The notes beneath the pieces were generated by a model. That model ran no database searches. It saw nothing but the letters and a program-made list of their open reading frames with translations, and was not told the DNA's origin. The position numbers and the translations under genes were made by a program. Of a DNA stretch of 64,000 nucleotides, positions 29,000-43,330 are shown piece by piece. Numbering within the stretch: the stretch's first letter is position 1; every line of letters begins with the position of its first letter. The stretch lies in the NCBI RefSeq assembly GCF_009914755.1, contig NC_060934.1, one strand, 5' to 3'. Source of the DNA: the human T2T-CHM13v2.0 reference genome, Homo sapiens.

Positions 29000-29230
29000 G
29001 AACTTTATATTTTGACATAATAGTACACTCACAGGAAGTTGCAAAAATAATACAAAGAGTCCTGTGTACCTTTCACCCAGCTTCCCTGTATGCAGAAGGC
29101 TAGGCAATGGGATGAGCAGAAGCATGTAGGTAGATGCAAGTCATTGTTAGTGTCTCAGTTCTTGATTTGGTTGGTAGTCTTATGGGTATCCATTGTATTA
29201 TTATTTTAGTTATCTCTATTTTACTATTTC
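29000..29230. mobile_element. Two short L1M 3'-end fragments in opposite orientations
   Basis: tcacaggaagttgcaaaaataatacaaagagtcctgtgtacc (minus) and ttcttgatttgg...gggtatccattgtattatt (plus). Confidence 0.55.
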
Positions 29231-29239
29231 TATTAACAT

Positions 29240-29811
29240 CACTAATTGGGAAGCCATTAGATTCAGTGTAACCAGTCTTAACCAATCAGAAACTGCCAAC
29301 TAGCCTTTCACTAGGGACTTTCCACTGGAATGATCCAAAGAAGGCTACTTTAACCAATCAAATATTTTATTTGCCCTGCTTTTTTATTCACCTTCTAAAA
29401 GCTTTCCTCACCTGCCCCTTTGGCAAATCCCTGAACCACTTGTGGTCTGAAGCTGCCCAAATCATGATTTTCTGTCTGCTCAACTAAACTCTAAATTTGA
29501 GGGGTTTTTACATTTAATTTAATTTTACATTCCAGGATATATGTGCAGGACATGCAGGTTTGTCACATAGGTAAACATGTGCCATGATGATTTGCTGCAC
29601 CTATCAACCCATCACCTAGGTATTAAGCCCTGCATGCATTAGCTATTTATCCTGATGCTCTGCCTCCCCACTACCCACATCCCCCCACTGCCACCTAATA
29701 GGCCCCAGTGTGTGTTGGTTCCCCTCCTAGTATCCATGTGTTCTCACTGTTCATCTTCCACTTATAAGTGAAACTCTAGAATTTTAATGTGCCAATGTTT
29801 ATCTTATAACA
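29240..29811 (+). mobile_element. ERV1-class LTR remnant (MER110/MER90-like), split by an L1PA fragment
   Basis: Two CCAAT boxes, gggactttcc, ends aattttaatgtgccaatgtttatcttataaca. Confidence 0.6.
29505..29770 (-). mobile_element. L1PA (PA10-like) 3'UTR fragment
   Basis: catgcaggtttgtcacataggtaaacatgtgccatg...; TSD aaactcta(a/g)a(t/a)tt. Confidence 0.88.
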
Positions 29812-30278
29812 TTTCTTACAGTTCTCTGGCTTGACTGAGACAGCTGGACATCAGCATTCTTCTGATGCTCACCCTTGGGGTCCAGTCACAGCTGGGAATG
29901 GAACATTCAAAATGGCTTCGCTCACATGTTTGTGGCCTCAACAAGGAAGAATGGAAGGCGGGTTTCAGCAGGGACAATGGGACACTGGGCTTCTCTCTCC
30001 ATGTGGTCTCAGGACTTCTCCTTCTCTACGGCCTTTCCACATGGTCTCTCCTTGTGGTCTTTCCAGTAGAGTCATTGGGCTTCTTACATGATGGCTCAGG
30101 ACTCCAAAGTGCACAGAAGCAGAAGTCACCAGGTCTTCTGAAGACTGCCACAGTGACCCTTCTCCTGCATTCTCTTGGCTAATGTGAGTCACAACACCAG
30201 TGCCGATTCAATGTGATGTGACATCAATACCAGGAGGTGTGGTTCACTAGGGGATACCTTTGGAGAGTAGCTATCACG
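29812..30278 (-). mobile_element. MLT1 (H/I-like) LTR
   Basis: caaaatggcttcgctcacatg; gggcttcttacatgatggctcagg; ggaggtgtggttcactagggg. Confidence 0.7.
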
Positions 30279-30394
30279 TTTGAAATATAATAGAGCTTCC
30301 AAGGACCAATACTGACCCAAAAAAGTATTGTATCATATTGTATCACGTATTGTATCATATATATGTTAGTGTATACAAATAATATCTAGAAGGA

Positions 30395-31735
<1,341 letters not shown>

Positions 31736-32212
31736 CTATACCATGCTGTCAACACTGTGTTATTTCTGCAGTTGGAATTACAGGACACTTTTACGTTCGA
31801 AGTTACGTATTTTTCTAATGTTGTGATTTTAACTAATGAATATATCTGTAAAGTTGGGTTGAGCATGGGCACAGTGATGTGATTTCAAAATAAATACTTT
31901 CTCAGGGACCAAAAGCCAAATTTTATCTCCTTGAAGAAAAGACATCAGCTGACGGCTTGAACAGCCTGGCAACTTGAGACTGTTTGACAGGTTGTGCATG
32001 CTACACCCATTTGTCAATCCATGTTTATAGGTGGGCATCCATCTTCAGAGAATTAGGACTTTATCCCGTTCAGCGAGGCAGTTGTGGTCACTGGCTACTG
32101 ATGTGACATGTGAGGCCTGTATTTAGCATGTATCATTAAAATACATTGGGTTCATTAAAAAGAGGAATTGTAGCACATAAAATATAATGTTTGAGAACTG
32201 ATATATGGAATC

Positions 32213-32586
32213 TGATATGGTTTGGCTGTTTCCCCCCCAAAATCTCATCTTGAATTGTAATCCCCATAATTCCCATATGTCAAGGGCAGGACCAGGTGGA
32301 GGTAATTGGATCATGGGAGGAATCTCTCCCATGCTGTTCTCTTGATAGTTAGTGAATCTCAAGAGATCTGATAGTTTTGTATGTGTCTGGCATTGGCCCT
32401 GCTTGTACTTTCTCTCTCCAGCCACCTTGTGAAACAGGACGTGTTTGCTTCCCTTCCACCATAATTGTAAGTTTTTTGAGGCCTTCCCAGTCATGCAGAG
32501 CTGTGAGCCAATTAAACCTCTTTTCTTTAAATAAATTACTCAGTCTCGGGTATTTCTTCACAGCAATGTGAGAATGAACTAATGCA
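32213..32586 (+). mobile_element. MaLR solo LTR (MSTA/THE1D-like)
   Basis: tgatatggtttggctg...gagaatgaactaatgca; 5-bp TSD gaatc. Confidence 0.92.
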
Positions 32587-32834
32587 GAATCCATTCAGTT
32601 ATTCAACAAGTAATATGGCTTAGGGGCTGGAGGATCAGGGCTACCCAGTTCTGGCCAAAGAGAGAAGAGGAAATCTGCTAGCTGGCTTCTAGACAAGAAA
32701 AAAAATCCTCTCTGAGAAAAAGAAAAATGTATATATTTAATAATAATAGCAGCTACCTTCACCCCTAAACTTCAGCCAACTTTCTGCTGGAACCATCTGC
32801 CCTGAGTACTCTGGAGACGTCAACAGTTAGCCTT

Positions 32835-33315
32835 TCTTTTTTTTAATTGACAAATAACAATTATGTATATTTGTGGGGTATAATGTGATGATTTGATCTA
32901 TGTGTCCATTATAGAAAGATACAATCAAGCTGATTAACATATCCATCGCCACACCAACTTATCATGTGTGTATATGTGGTAAGAATGTTAAAAAGCTATT
33001 TGGGCAACTTTGAAATATGTATTACATTATTATTATTAACTGTGGTCACTATGCAGTACAGTAGATCACTGAAACTTATTGCTCCAGTCGAACTGAAACT
33101 TCATACCCTTTAATCAATGTCTTCCTTTTCCCATCCCTCCCCCCACACCCCTGGTAACCACCATTCTACTCTCTATTTCTATGAGATTAACTTTTTTAGA
33201 TTCCACATGTAAGTGAGATCATACAGTATTTGTATTTCTGTGCCTGGCTTATTTCACTTAGCATAATGTCTTCCAGTTCCATCTATGTTGTTGCAAATGA
33301 CAGAATTTCCTTCCT
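32835..33315 (-). mobile_element. L1MA 3' end
   Basis: ttttaattgacaaataacaattatgtatat...ttttagattccacatgtaagtgagatcat. Confidence 0.85.
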
Positions 33316-33468
33316 TAGGGGTTGTCGTTTCTCAGGAGTGTGCCAGGAGGACTTCATTCTGCTTTATGAGGGTCAGACCAGAAGCCTGCCATGCTCTTGA
33401 ACAGTAACATGCTGCCCACTCACCATGGTGGGTCTATCCAACAGGAAGAGGGTCTGGAATGAAACAGG

Positions 33469-33475
33469 CACACAA

Positions 33476-33517
<42 letters not shown>
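33469..33517. repeat. (CA)n microsatellite
   Basis: ~20 uninterrupted CA units. Confidence 0.97.
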
Positions 33518-33519
<2 letters not shown>

Positions 33520-33719
33520 TCTATCATCTTAGGCTCCTTTAATTAAATGTAAAAGAATTATAACTATTTCCTTGGAGAACAGGAAACTAAGGGAATGTGA
33601 CAGTTGGCTTTAATTGCCTGAAAGGAAAACGAATTAGACAAATCTATGTTTGAACTCAAGACAGAACAGGGATCATAAATTTAAAGGAGTTAAAAGAAAA
33701 CAGATTTCAATTTTTTTAT

Positions 33720-34265
33720 GGAATCAACCTGGAGTGTTCATCAATGGATGAATGGATAAAGAAAATGTGGTATATATACACAAAGGAATACTATTCAACA
33801 TTAAAAATGAAGGTCATCCTGTCATTTGTAACAACATGGATGAACCTGCAGAACACTATGTTAAATAAGCCAAGACACAGAAAAATAATTACTGTATCTC
33901 ACTTATATGTAGAATCTAAAAAAGTCAAACTCACAGAAGCAGAGAGTAGAATGATAGTTACCAAAGGTTGGTGGGAGGGGGCTGTAATAGGGGTTCTGGG
34001 GAAATGTTGCTCAAAGGATAAAAAATTTCAGTGAGACAGAGAATATGTTCAATAGATTTATTGTACAACATGATGACTATCATTAATAAGAATGAATTAT
34101 TACTTGAAAATTAGTAGATTTTAAGTATTCTTACTGCAAAAAATAGTATGTGTTCATTATCTTGATTTAGTCATTGCACAATGTATACATGTTTCAAAAC
34201 ATTATGTTGTACACCATAAATACATACAATTTTTAATTTGTCAATTTAAAAATAAAATAAAATAG
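33720..34265 (+). mobile_element. L1MA 3' end
   Basis: MDEWIKKMWYIYTKEYYS peptide; ends tttgtcaatttaaaaataaaataaaa. Confidence 0.85.
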
Positions 34266-35302
34266 ACCTGGATGCCTCATTGAGTCATGAATTCGTTGTC
34301 AGCAGATATATTCAAGCAAAAGCCAAAGTTGTTTTAAAAAGAATTAAAGTATTGGGAAGATAATTAAATTGTAAAAGCTTCTAATTCCTTTCATTTCTGA
34401 GATACTTTGGTTCTACTGTATGACATGGCTGTGGCCACAACAGCACTGTGTAAGCAGTCAAATATAAAACATTTGCTAACTAGAGTGGAAATGATTTGTT
34501 CTTAGTTATTTTGGACAAACCTTTGCTTTCTCCTATTCTGATGAGACTGAAAGTGCATTTTTCAATTATTCATAAAACTTTTAGTCACATGGTTGCTTTG
34601 ACACTGAGCTTCTCCAAACACCTGGGCAATGTGGATCTCCACTGAGGGTTGATCCTGAGAAATTAATACTCAGTTTATGTAGTAGAGTCACTTATCCAAT
34701 GAGAATGAGAGTCCTGTAGAGACAAGATTTCTGATATTTTGTTTTTTATTTTGAGGATTAATAAGGAGATCATATAAAATGTTCAACTTTGAGGTTATGG
34801 GACACATGAATGAGGTTTTAGAGTATTTATAAGAGAGCTCATGCAGTCCCCAGGGCTAAGCTGAGGTCCAAAGTAAATGTGGCAAGAAGACAAATTGTGA
34901 GAGATAAATTTACAACAATTAGAGCTGTCTGAAATGGGATGAAGTATCTTGTGCAGCCATGAGCAGCCTGTCAGCACTGAGGATTCTCAATCCAACTGGA
35001 TGACCACTTACAAATTAGTACCAACCTCCGGGGGCTTGGATTAGAAGATCTCTAAGGTGCTGATTCTCAAAGGATGGGCCCACAGTACACTGGTTGCCTA
35101 GGATAGTTTCTGAGAGCCTAAAACCAATCCACACACAAGTCCTCTGCTCTCTTCTATGACAAATGACGCACAGCTCCCAAGATCTGTTTTGTAAGTGCAA
35201 TTAATACTCATAACCTACTAAGAATTATTAAGAATAGCTAAACTTTAATTATTATGATAACATCACATTATTTTTCATTAAACAACTAATACTCAAATAT
35301 AT

Positions 35303-35950
35303 TTGTATTCATTTTGTATTGCTGCATAGCAAATTACTACCAACTTAACGGCTTAAACTAACATCCATTTATTATCTTACGGTTTCTGTAGGTCAGGTGT
35401 CTGGGCATGGTGTGGCTGCACTCTCCTGGTGTCTGAGCATTAATGAGAAGTAGAATTGCCCCAGTAATAAATTATGCACATTTCAATGCTCAGAGTATCA
35501 TAAGGCTAAAGTCAAGGTGTCAGCCAGGCTGCTTATCTCATCTAGAGCTCAGGTCACATATTTGGTGCAGAATTCAGTTCCTTGCTGTCATAAGACTGAG
35601 GTCCCTGTTTGCTGGCTGTTGGCAGGGGCTTTTCCCAGATCTTAAAGACTGTCTGTATTCATTGACATGTGTCCCCCTCCAACAATGAGAACTCCTCAAA
35701 GAGAATACACTTCTTACTTTGAATCTCTGACTTCTTCCACCTCTGACCTCTAGACTCAGATGGTAAGGGCTCGTGTGATTAGGTTAGAGCCACCTGGGAG
35801 AAGTCTCTCCTTTTCCTAAAGTCTCTGTGCCACCAAACATAATCTAATCATGGGAATAAAATCCATCAAATTCACCATCCCGGGGACTATGCAAGATGTG
35901 TACACTAGGGGGAAGAGCTCCTTGGGGGCTACCTTCAAATTCTGCCACAA
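35303..35950 (-). mobile_element. MLT1 (E-like) LTR containing a ~64-bp foreign insertion
   Basis: attgctgcatagcaaattac...catttattatcttacggtttctgtaggtcagg...gcagaattcagttccttg. Confidence 0.8.
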
Positions 35951-36009
35951 CCACCGCAACCACAACATTTTAATTGTAAAGTCAAAGCATCACAGAAAGG
36001 ACTAGAGTT

Positions 36010-36470
36010 CTACTTGACCACCAGCCACAGCTACCAGAGAGATCCACTTTATCAGTTTGGCATTTATCCTTCTAAATTTTACTATGGATTTGTATACATC
36101 TCCATATATGTAAAATATGAGATGTAGTCTTTTAAAGAAAATTCTCAAACTGTTCTATAGTTATTATATAGTTTTATAGTTTGCTATTTGCACTCAACAG
36201 TATACATTGAGGATATTTTCTGTGTCCGTTTAAAAAATTTACATTGTTTAGTTTATATTGTTTACTGCTATACCATAATTTATATAATTTTCCCTCTATC
36301 GATGGACACTTTTCAATTGTTTGCCATTTTTGACTGCTATGAACAATGTTGCAGTGTGCATCTTTGAAGGTCCCTCCTGGTGTCTGAGTATGAATGAGAA
36401 GTAGAATGTCCAAGACATAAAGTGTGCACATTTTAACTTATAGAAGGCAATGCACAATTAAGAGACAATA
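36010..36470 (-). mobile_element. L1ME-type fragment
   Basis: gatggacact...ttgtttgccatttt...gctatgaacaatgttgcag. Confidence 0.6.
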
Positions 36471-39246
36471 TTCTTAAATATAAAATATTGAGTAAAAGGT
36501 TAAATTTTTCTTTTTTATTAAAGCACCTCATATATGCACCCTTTTGATTCTTATCATCAAATTCCTTTTTCACTAGGAACTGTGAAAGCATGAGGTTGGT
36601 GGGCAATAGTGCTTGCTACCTGCCTAGGTTGCCAAAGATTCTACAAGTGTGGCCAAGAAGCTGAAAGCATCACCAAATGCCTGGGCTGTATCATCACACT
36701 TAACTTGTTTATTGAACTTGTGAGTTCACAAGTTTATTGAACTAGTGAGTCATTGGAAGCATCTAAAAAGTGGGAGGCCCGCTTTCCCTCTGGGTTGCAG
36801 CCACAGGTGGGGTGGGGCAGGCACACCCATAGCTTATGGTTTCTCCCAGCTGGGAATATCTCTGGGTGTCAGATGCCAAGCCTGCGGGACACAGCCTCAG
36901 CCGGTGACTCTCATAACCAACAAGTGTTCAGTGGTGGGACTGGCAGCAGGTTAACCATGTCTTAACCATGACTTAACCTATCACCTGCCAAAGTTCAATT
37001 CAAAATTTTTATACAACAAATCACATAAAATTTGCTTTCCTGGAATAAATAAGCCCTTTTCCCCTTAAAATAAGACAATGAAGTAAGCTTGTTAAATATC
37101 ATTTATAGGTTGCTCAGTAACTATTCATCATATTTATCCAGAAATGAGAAGAAAGAGACTTATACCACAGAAAGAGACTTAGGTAAGACGTCCAAAAACA
37201 ATTTTCTGAAGAGGGATGATCAAACCATAGAACCACTTACAAGAAGAAAAAAAAATACATTATTTTTTCCCCAGGGGCCTTAAGAAGCCAACAAACACCC
37301 ATTATTGTATTAGGCAAAGTTAAGGAAGGAAAAGTAACTAAAAACGTTTGATAGCATGAACCAATAATCAGACCACATCTTATTTCATACCCAGCCAAAG
37401 CTGCACAATACATAATTTGAACTCTGTAGAACCTTCAGATAAATGTGGTCATGAAAAACCACACTCTCTCCCCACAGAGAGTTACTTGAGATGGAAAGAA
37501 ACTGATACCTGAATACTTTTGGATAGACCAGGCCTCCTCTTGAACACACTAATCCTTTATGTATAAGTATGTATCAAAGTTCAAATGACCTTGAAGTTCA
37601 CTTGGTGCAGGTGTAATTTTCTCCAGAGGGAAAAATTGGTAGTCACTGTGAATTTTATGCTCCATTAGCATTGCTGACTCAACATCAGTTTTAATTACTT
37701 ATAATCTGTTGAGTTAATACTTTCACAAGGAGAAAATAGTGAAGCCAAAAGTGTCTCACCTTCAAAGCTGATGAGGGACCATATTACAATATTCAAAGAC
37801 TGCTGAACGTCTGCTCATTCTAAACATTAGCTGACCCAGTTGCAAAGTGTGGAAATATAATACATTACTTTAAAAGTAAAATAAGAAAAATAAATAACTT
37901 GCTAGTGCTGTCGAAAACATTTCTTATTGTCTTGTAAACAAACGTTTGACAGAATTTCAAAATTTTAAGTTCTTCACCTTTTCCTACAGAGACTTCAGTA
38001 GGAAGAGGAAACAAATGCTGAATTATGAGTCAGTAAACCAGAAATTGTTCCTTGAATGAGACACTTAACTTCTCAGTGGCTCAGTTTTCTTTATTGAATT
38101 GTAAAATTAGAGAGTGGTTAGTTTTTTCTAAGTTACTGCCAGCTTTCATAGTAAAGGGACAAAAATTCAATTATCAACCATTGGGAAAAATTTATTTTAT
38201 TACCAATATGTATGGAATTTCCTAATGACATGCATTCACCTTCCATTGCAGGGACATTCATGTATTATTAGTAATTACATATAAGAAGCAAAAATGTAAA
38301 GACATTAGAATTTTCCTACTGATCCCCTATTTTGAGTTTAATAAAGCAAATAAAAAAAAAACAACTAAGCACTCTCAAATTCCCCTCATGTGCTCCTTCA
38401 TTTCTCTTTTAAATAACTCTGATAAAGATGATGGAATGATAATTCTACAATCATCTTTTCAATGTTTTAGGGATCACTCATATCAATAAACACCTTCCAA
38501 TTTTCCCAGATGTTTTGGAATGTTATGCCCTGCAGGATTGATGGTGATAATTTGCAATGGTAGCAACTGACAATATTTGACCCTGGTCAGAAATTAGATA
38601 GATGACAGTGAAACATAATGCTATCCAACACTTGTAACATGATTTATAGTTTCTAAGTTTGGTCTGAACAAGGCCTGCAATCAAGACTTAAGATGACATT
38701 AACAGAGCACTCATTCAGCCTTGGGGTGCACTTTACTTGAAAGAACTAGCAAGACAAAGGAAAAGTTAAGGATTGGGGCAGAGGTAGGCAAATCAGCAAC
38801 TACAACTCCTCGCATTTGAAGAAGGGCAAACTGCTAAGACCTCAACTTTGTTACTAGACCATAGGCACTGGGGAGTGAGTGCTCACTACACACATTTTTG
38901 CAGGCCCCCTGTGCAATTTTCTATACTGAGTTCTTTGGCTATGTCCAGCCAAATTTCTTGTAGTCTGTACCTTCATATCATTTTGCATTCATACTAATCA
39001 GCATTTTTCTTGGTCTTCCAATTTGGGCAGTTGGGCAGAATCTGGGTAAAGCCACCTAGGCTATGCTTTTACTTCCTTCATAAAAATTGTGGTGATGAAG
39101 TTTTATATGATTTATGATCCTTTATAACTTTTTGGCCAATAATTGGACTGGGTTCTGCTCTAGATAGCGTTCCTGAATAGTTACTTGTTCCTAAACTAAC
39201 TGCATCACAGTCATTTGATAACCATTTTAAAATACATATTCCATAA

Positions 39247-39721
<475 letters not shown>

Positions 39722-40099
39722 GCCAGTCCAGATACAGAATATGGACAGATATGGAATCTGCTGAGAATTAACTGAGATGCAGAGGACTTGGTCCCAGCTG
39801 TGATCCTCAATGTTGTATGACCCTGGCTCAGATTTACAATTTCTGGACCTCATTTTTCCCAACTATAAAATAATAAAAATTAAAGTCCTGTCCTTAATGA
39901 TCCCTCCAAATCTAACTTTCTGTAAAGCTAACAAAGCCAATAATTAAAATGCTAAGGAAATCAATTAGTGCCTTTAAAAAAAAAAAGCAATACATTAAGT
40001 TGTTTAATGAGCACATTTTCAGTGGCACAAGGAACTAACTAAAAAGAAATTGTTAGCAGAGAGGGTAAAGATTCATCTGCATGCTTATTTTAAAAACTC

Positions 40100-40119
40100 G
40101 TGTGTGTGTGTGTGTGTGT
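40100..40119. repeat. (TG)n microsatellite
   Basis: gtgtgtgtgtgtgtgtgtgt. Confidence 0.9.
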
Positions 40120-40225
40120 ACATAAAATACAATGTAAATCCAATGAATAATGGAATTTGCATTACAATTTTGGCATACATTCATCTTGTTGGAATGGATG
40201 ATTTTTCTATTTTCTGAAATGTGTA

Positions 40226-40568
40226 CAGTCATGTGTCACTTAACAACAAAGATCTGTTCTGAGAAACGTGTCGTTAGGCAATTTTGTCATGTGAATGACA
40301 TAGAATGTACTTACACAAACCTAGATGGTATAGTGGTATAGCCTACTACACACCTAGGCTAAATGTTATAGCCTATTGCCCTTAGGCTACAAACCTCTTC
40401 AGCATACTGCTATACCGAATACTGTAGGAAATTGTAACACAATGATGAACATTTGTATATCTAAATATATAAAAAGCATAATAAAAATACGGTATTTTAA
40501 TCTTATGAGACTACCATCATATGTGCAGTCCATCATTGACCCAACATTTTTTATGTGGTACATGACCA
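40226..40568 (-). mobile_element. Tigger3a/MER7A-like non-autonomous DNA transposon
   Basis: ta|cagtcatgtgtcacttaac...acacaaacctagatggtatag...gtacatgacca|ta; ~340 bp. Confidence 0.85.
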
Positions 40569-41389
40569 TAGAGAGCATCTTATAAATTAAGCTTTTTTTA
40601 TATTAGAACTAAAGAGTGATGAAAGGTGAGAAATGATGAACACAATTTAGTTGGCCAAAGGCTTAACATTGGATATTAAACAGATAGTCCTGCATAGAGA
40701 GTTAAATAAACTTAGAGTTAACTGGACAGATTCTGTGGCCAGCAAGCAGGATCAGGTGGTGTTGCTATGCCTTACTTGGAAGTTCACAGGTGTTAAGCCT
40801 AGAGGGGGTCTGTAGAGATGCTGTGGAGTATGGGTGGGGGAGTGGAGGAACATCCCAGACCTCATTAGAAAAATATACAACAAAAATAACAGGAAAGTAC
40901 TTGATACTGGGCCTCAGATGAAAAGAGCAAAGCAGGAGAGAGATGAAAAAAAGATGAGTAAGCAACAAGTCACAATCTAAATCATGGACCACACAAAGGG
41001 GTTGTTTAGAACCATCCACCTAACAGTATCCTTAAACATGGTCCAGCAGAAACTCCAAGACTGAGTGTGGATTCCTAATGGGACCAAGCTGTCAGACAGA
41101 CTTAGCCAAGGCCTTTCTACTTGATATTGGAAAATAACACACAATTTCAGATAAGTGACTCAAAAAGTAAGGGAAATTGAACAGAAACAAATGAAAAATC
41201 TTACAGTGAGGTTGGCTATTCCAACTGCAGAAATGTACAATGGGAGTGGTGTGTCTTAACAGCAGGCTGTGTGAAATCAACTTGGGTTGATTTGGTTTGG
41301 GAGGTGAAAACTTCACAGGAGTGCCGCCTCTTAGCCCTGGGGAGCTTGTGGAGACCGAAGTACATGGAGACTCTGTGTTACTTCTGACA

Positions 41390-41615
41390 ATAATGGTTAA
41401 TACTTATCAGATCTCTATTATATGCCAGATACTTGGCATCATTCCATTTCATCTTCTGAGGCTGACATTGCCATTTGCCCCCATTTTACAGATAAAGAAA
41501 CCAAGGTTAAGCAGGGTTGATTTTCTTGCTCAAGATCACATAGCTGATGTGTGGTGAGATAGGGTTTTAGCACAAGCCACATGGCTCTTGAGCTAATGCT
41601 CACCTGTTACGCTCT
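41390..41615 (-). mobile_element. MIR
   Basis: ccccattttacagataaagaaaccaaggttaagcagggtt...ttgctcaagatcacatagct. Confidence 0.8.
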
Positions 41616-42404
41616 CTTCCCTTCATTAGGGAGGAGTGGTATACCCATGAGGAATCCAGCTTCAGTTTCAGTTGGATTAAACGACCCCGACCACCCTGCC
41701 CATCCTTAGAAGTCTATGATTCCAGACCCTGCACTGCCATCAAATGGATGTACAGACTTTGAAAAGTCTTTTCCCTGAGCCTCATTTCCTTTTTCTATAA
41801 AACTAAAAATCAGAAGAGTCTTAAACATTTGTTAGCTGCTGGATTCTTCAAATAAAATCTTGCTGAAGCCAAACATACACATCAGATAAAACCAGGGCTG
41901 CTCTGACTGAAAAAACGGTAGGAGCCCACCCTGACCAATTTATCACCCATCCCAGTTCCCTCCTGCTGTTGCCTGAGGCCCCTGCCCTCTAGCTCCAGAT
42001 TCTACTAAATACGTTTGAAATCCACTGGGCTATATTGTTTCTAGGATCTCTTCCAGCTGCATGATTCATGCTTCATGGTCTAGATATTATCAAAATCACA
42101 CAAATGTAGCAAATTAGAGTAGGCGCTCCAGCATTCAGAGTAACCTCTATGGGTATAAGTTGAAATTATTACCCCTCCTTTCTTTCAAGAACCTGTAGAG
42201 AAAGCCAAAGGCCCAAGTATTGTGAGAGATACTTGGAAAATGATTGTTTTGCATCCTAGGAAAGTGATTAATTTGAAAGAACAGCCAGTTATCAGCAATA
42301 CCTGATGAAGAAGCATTAACATTAACAAAATATATGGCCAAAAGATAACATTCATTTCTTTGAGTTAGTGCATAGATCTGGGATCAGCAAATTACAGCCC
42401 TACT

Positions 42405-42833
42405 CCTTTTTTTTCTTGATAATAGCTTTATTGGGGTATAATTCACATATTATACAATTCAATAGCTTTCTTTTTCAGTATATTCAAAGACTGTGCAATG
42501 AGGACCACAATCAGTTTCAGAATATCTTCATCACTACAGGAATAACCTCCTTATCTTTCATCAGTCATCCCTCAACCTCCTCAACCGAGGCAAGCACTAG
42601 TCTCCTATCTGCCTCTATAGATTTGCCCATTCGGGACATTTCATTTCAATGTAATCACACGATATAAGATATTCTGTAATTGGCTGCTTTCACTTAGCAT
42701 AATGTTTTCAAGGTTCATACATGTTGCAGCATATATCAGTACTTCATTCCTTTCTATGGATGAATATACCATTTATATTGTATGGATACGTCTGTTGCAT
42801 TTATCCACCCATCCATCGATGGATATGTGGGTT
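42405..42833 (-). mobile_element. L1MB/MC 3' end, split by the MER4 LTR
   Basis: aatagctttattggggtataattcacata...ctttcacttagcataatgttttcaaggttcat; resumes at 43331. Confidence 0.8.
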
Positions 42834-43330
42834 TGTAAAAGGAAAATAAAATCTCAGGACCCCAAACTCACTATGCCAAAGGGAAAAGTTAAGCTTCAAA
42901 ACTGAGTCAACAAAAACAAAAGCAAACAAACCCTCCTTTTGAACGAAGAGACAGCTGTAATTTCACATGTTTACATTATCATATGTAAAATGTAGATCTG
43001 CAAAGAACACAAGACAAATGAATGACTAATTGACTTTTTATCCCAATCCTCTCTTTTCTTGTGTAAAATGTGGATTCAGTGGTTGCTAATCAAAGCCTCA
43101 AAGAATGTAACTGCTTGTCTCACTATCTAACCCCCTTTTTTTCCCTCTTTCCTCCCTCCCTTTCTGCCCATTCTTTCCCCTTTAAATATTGAAGCTGTCA
43201 AAACCTTCTTTGGAAAAAGCACAGGCTACAGATTCTACTGTAATTTGTGTTTCTTTTTCCCAGGTGTGTCCTCAACCTTAGCAAAATAAATCTCTAAATG
43301 TATTGAGATCTCCTCACTTTTTGGTTTACA
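42834..43330 (+). mobile_element. MER4 (D-like) ERV1 solo LTR
   Basis: tgtaaaaggaaaataaaatctcaggaccccaaactcactatgccaaagggaaaagttaagc...ttttggtttaca; 4-bp TSD ggtt. Confidence 0.85.

Noticed and set aside
32835-34265. Inverted pair of L1MA 3' ends as a twin-priming product
   Set aside because: Both pieces have their own 3' termini, differ in sequence and are separated by ~400 bp of unrelated DNA, so they look like independent insertions
37142-37188. 41-nt exon candidate (tatccag...AG|GTAAGA)
   Set aside because: Weak pyrimidine tract; expected by chance in 64 kb
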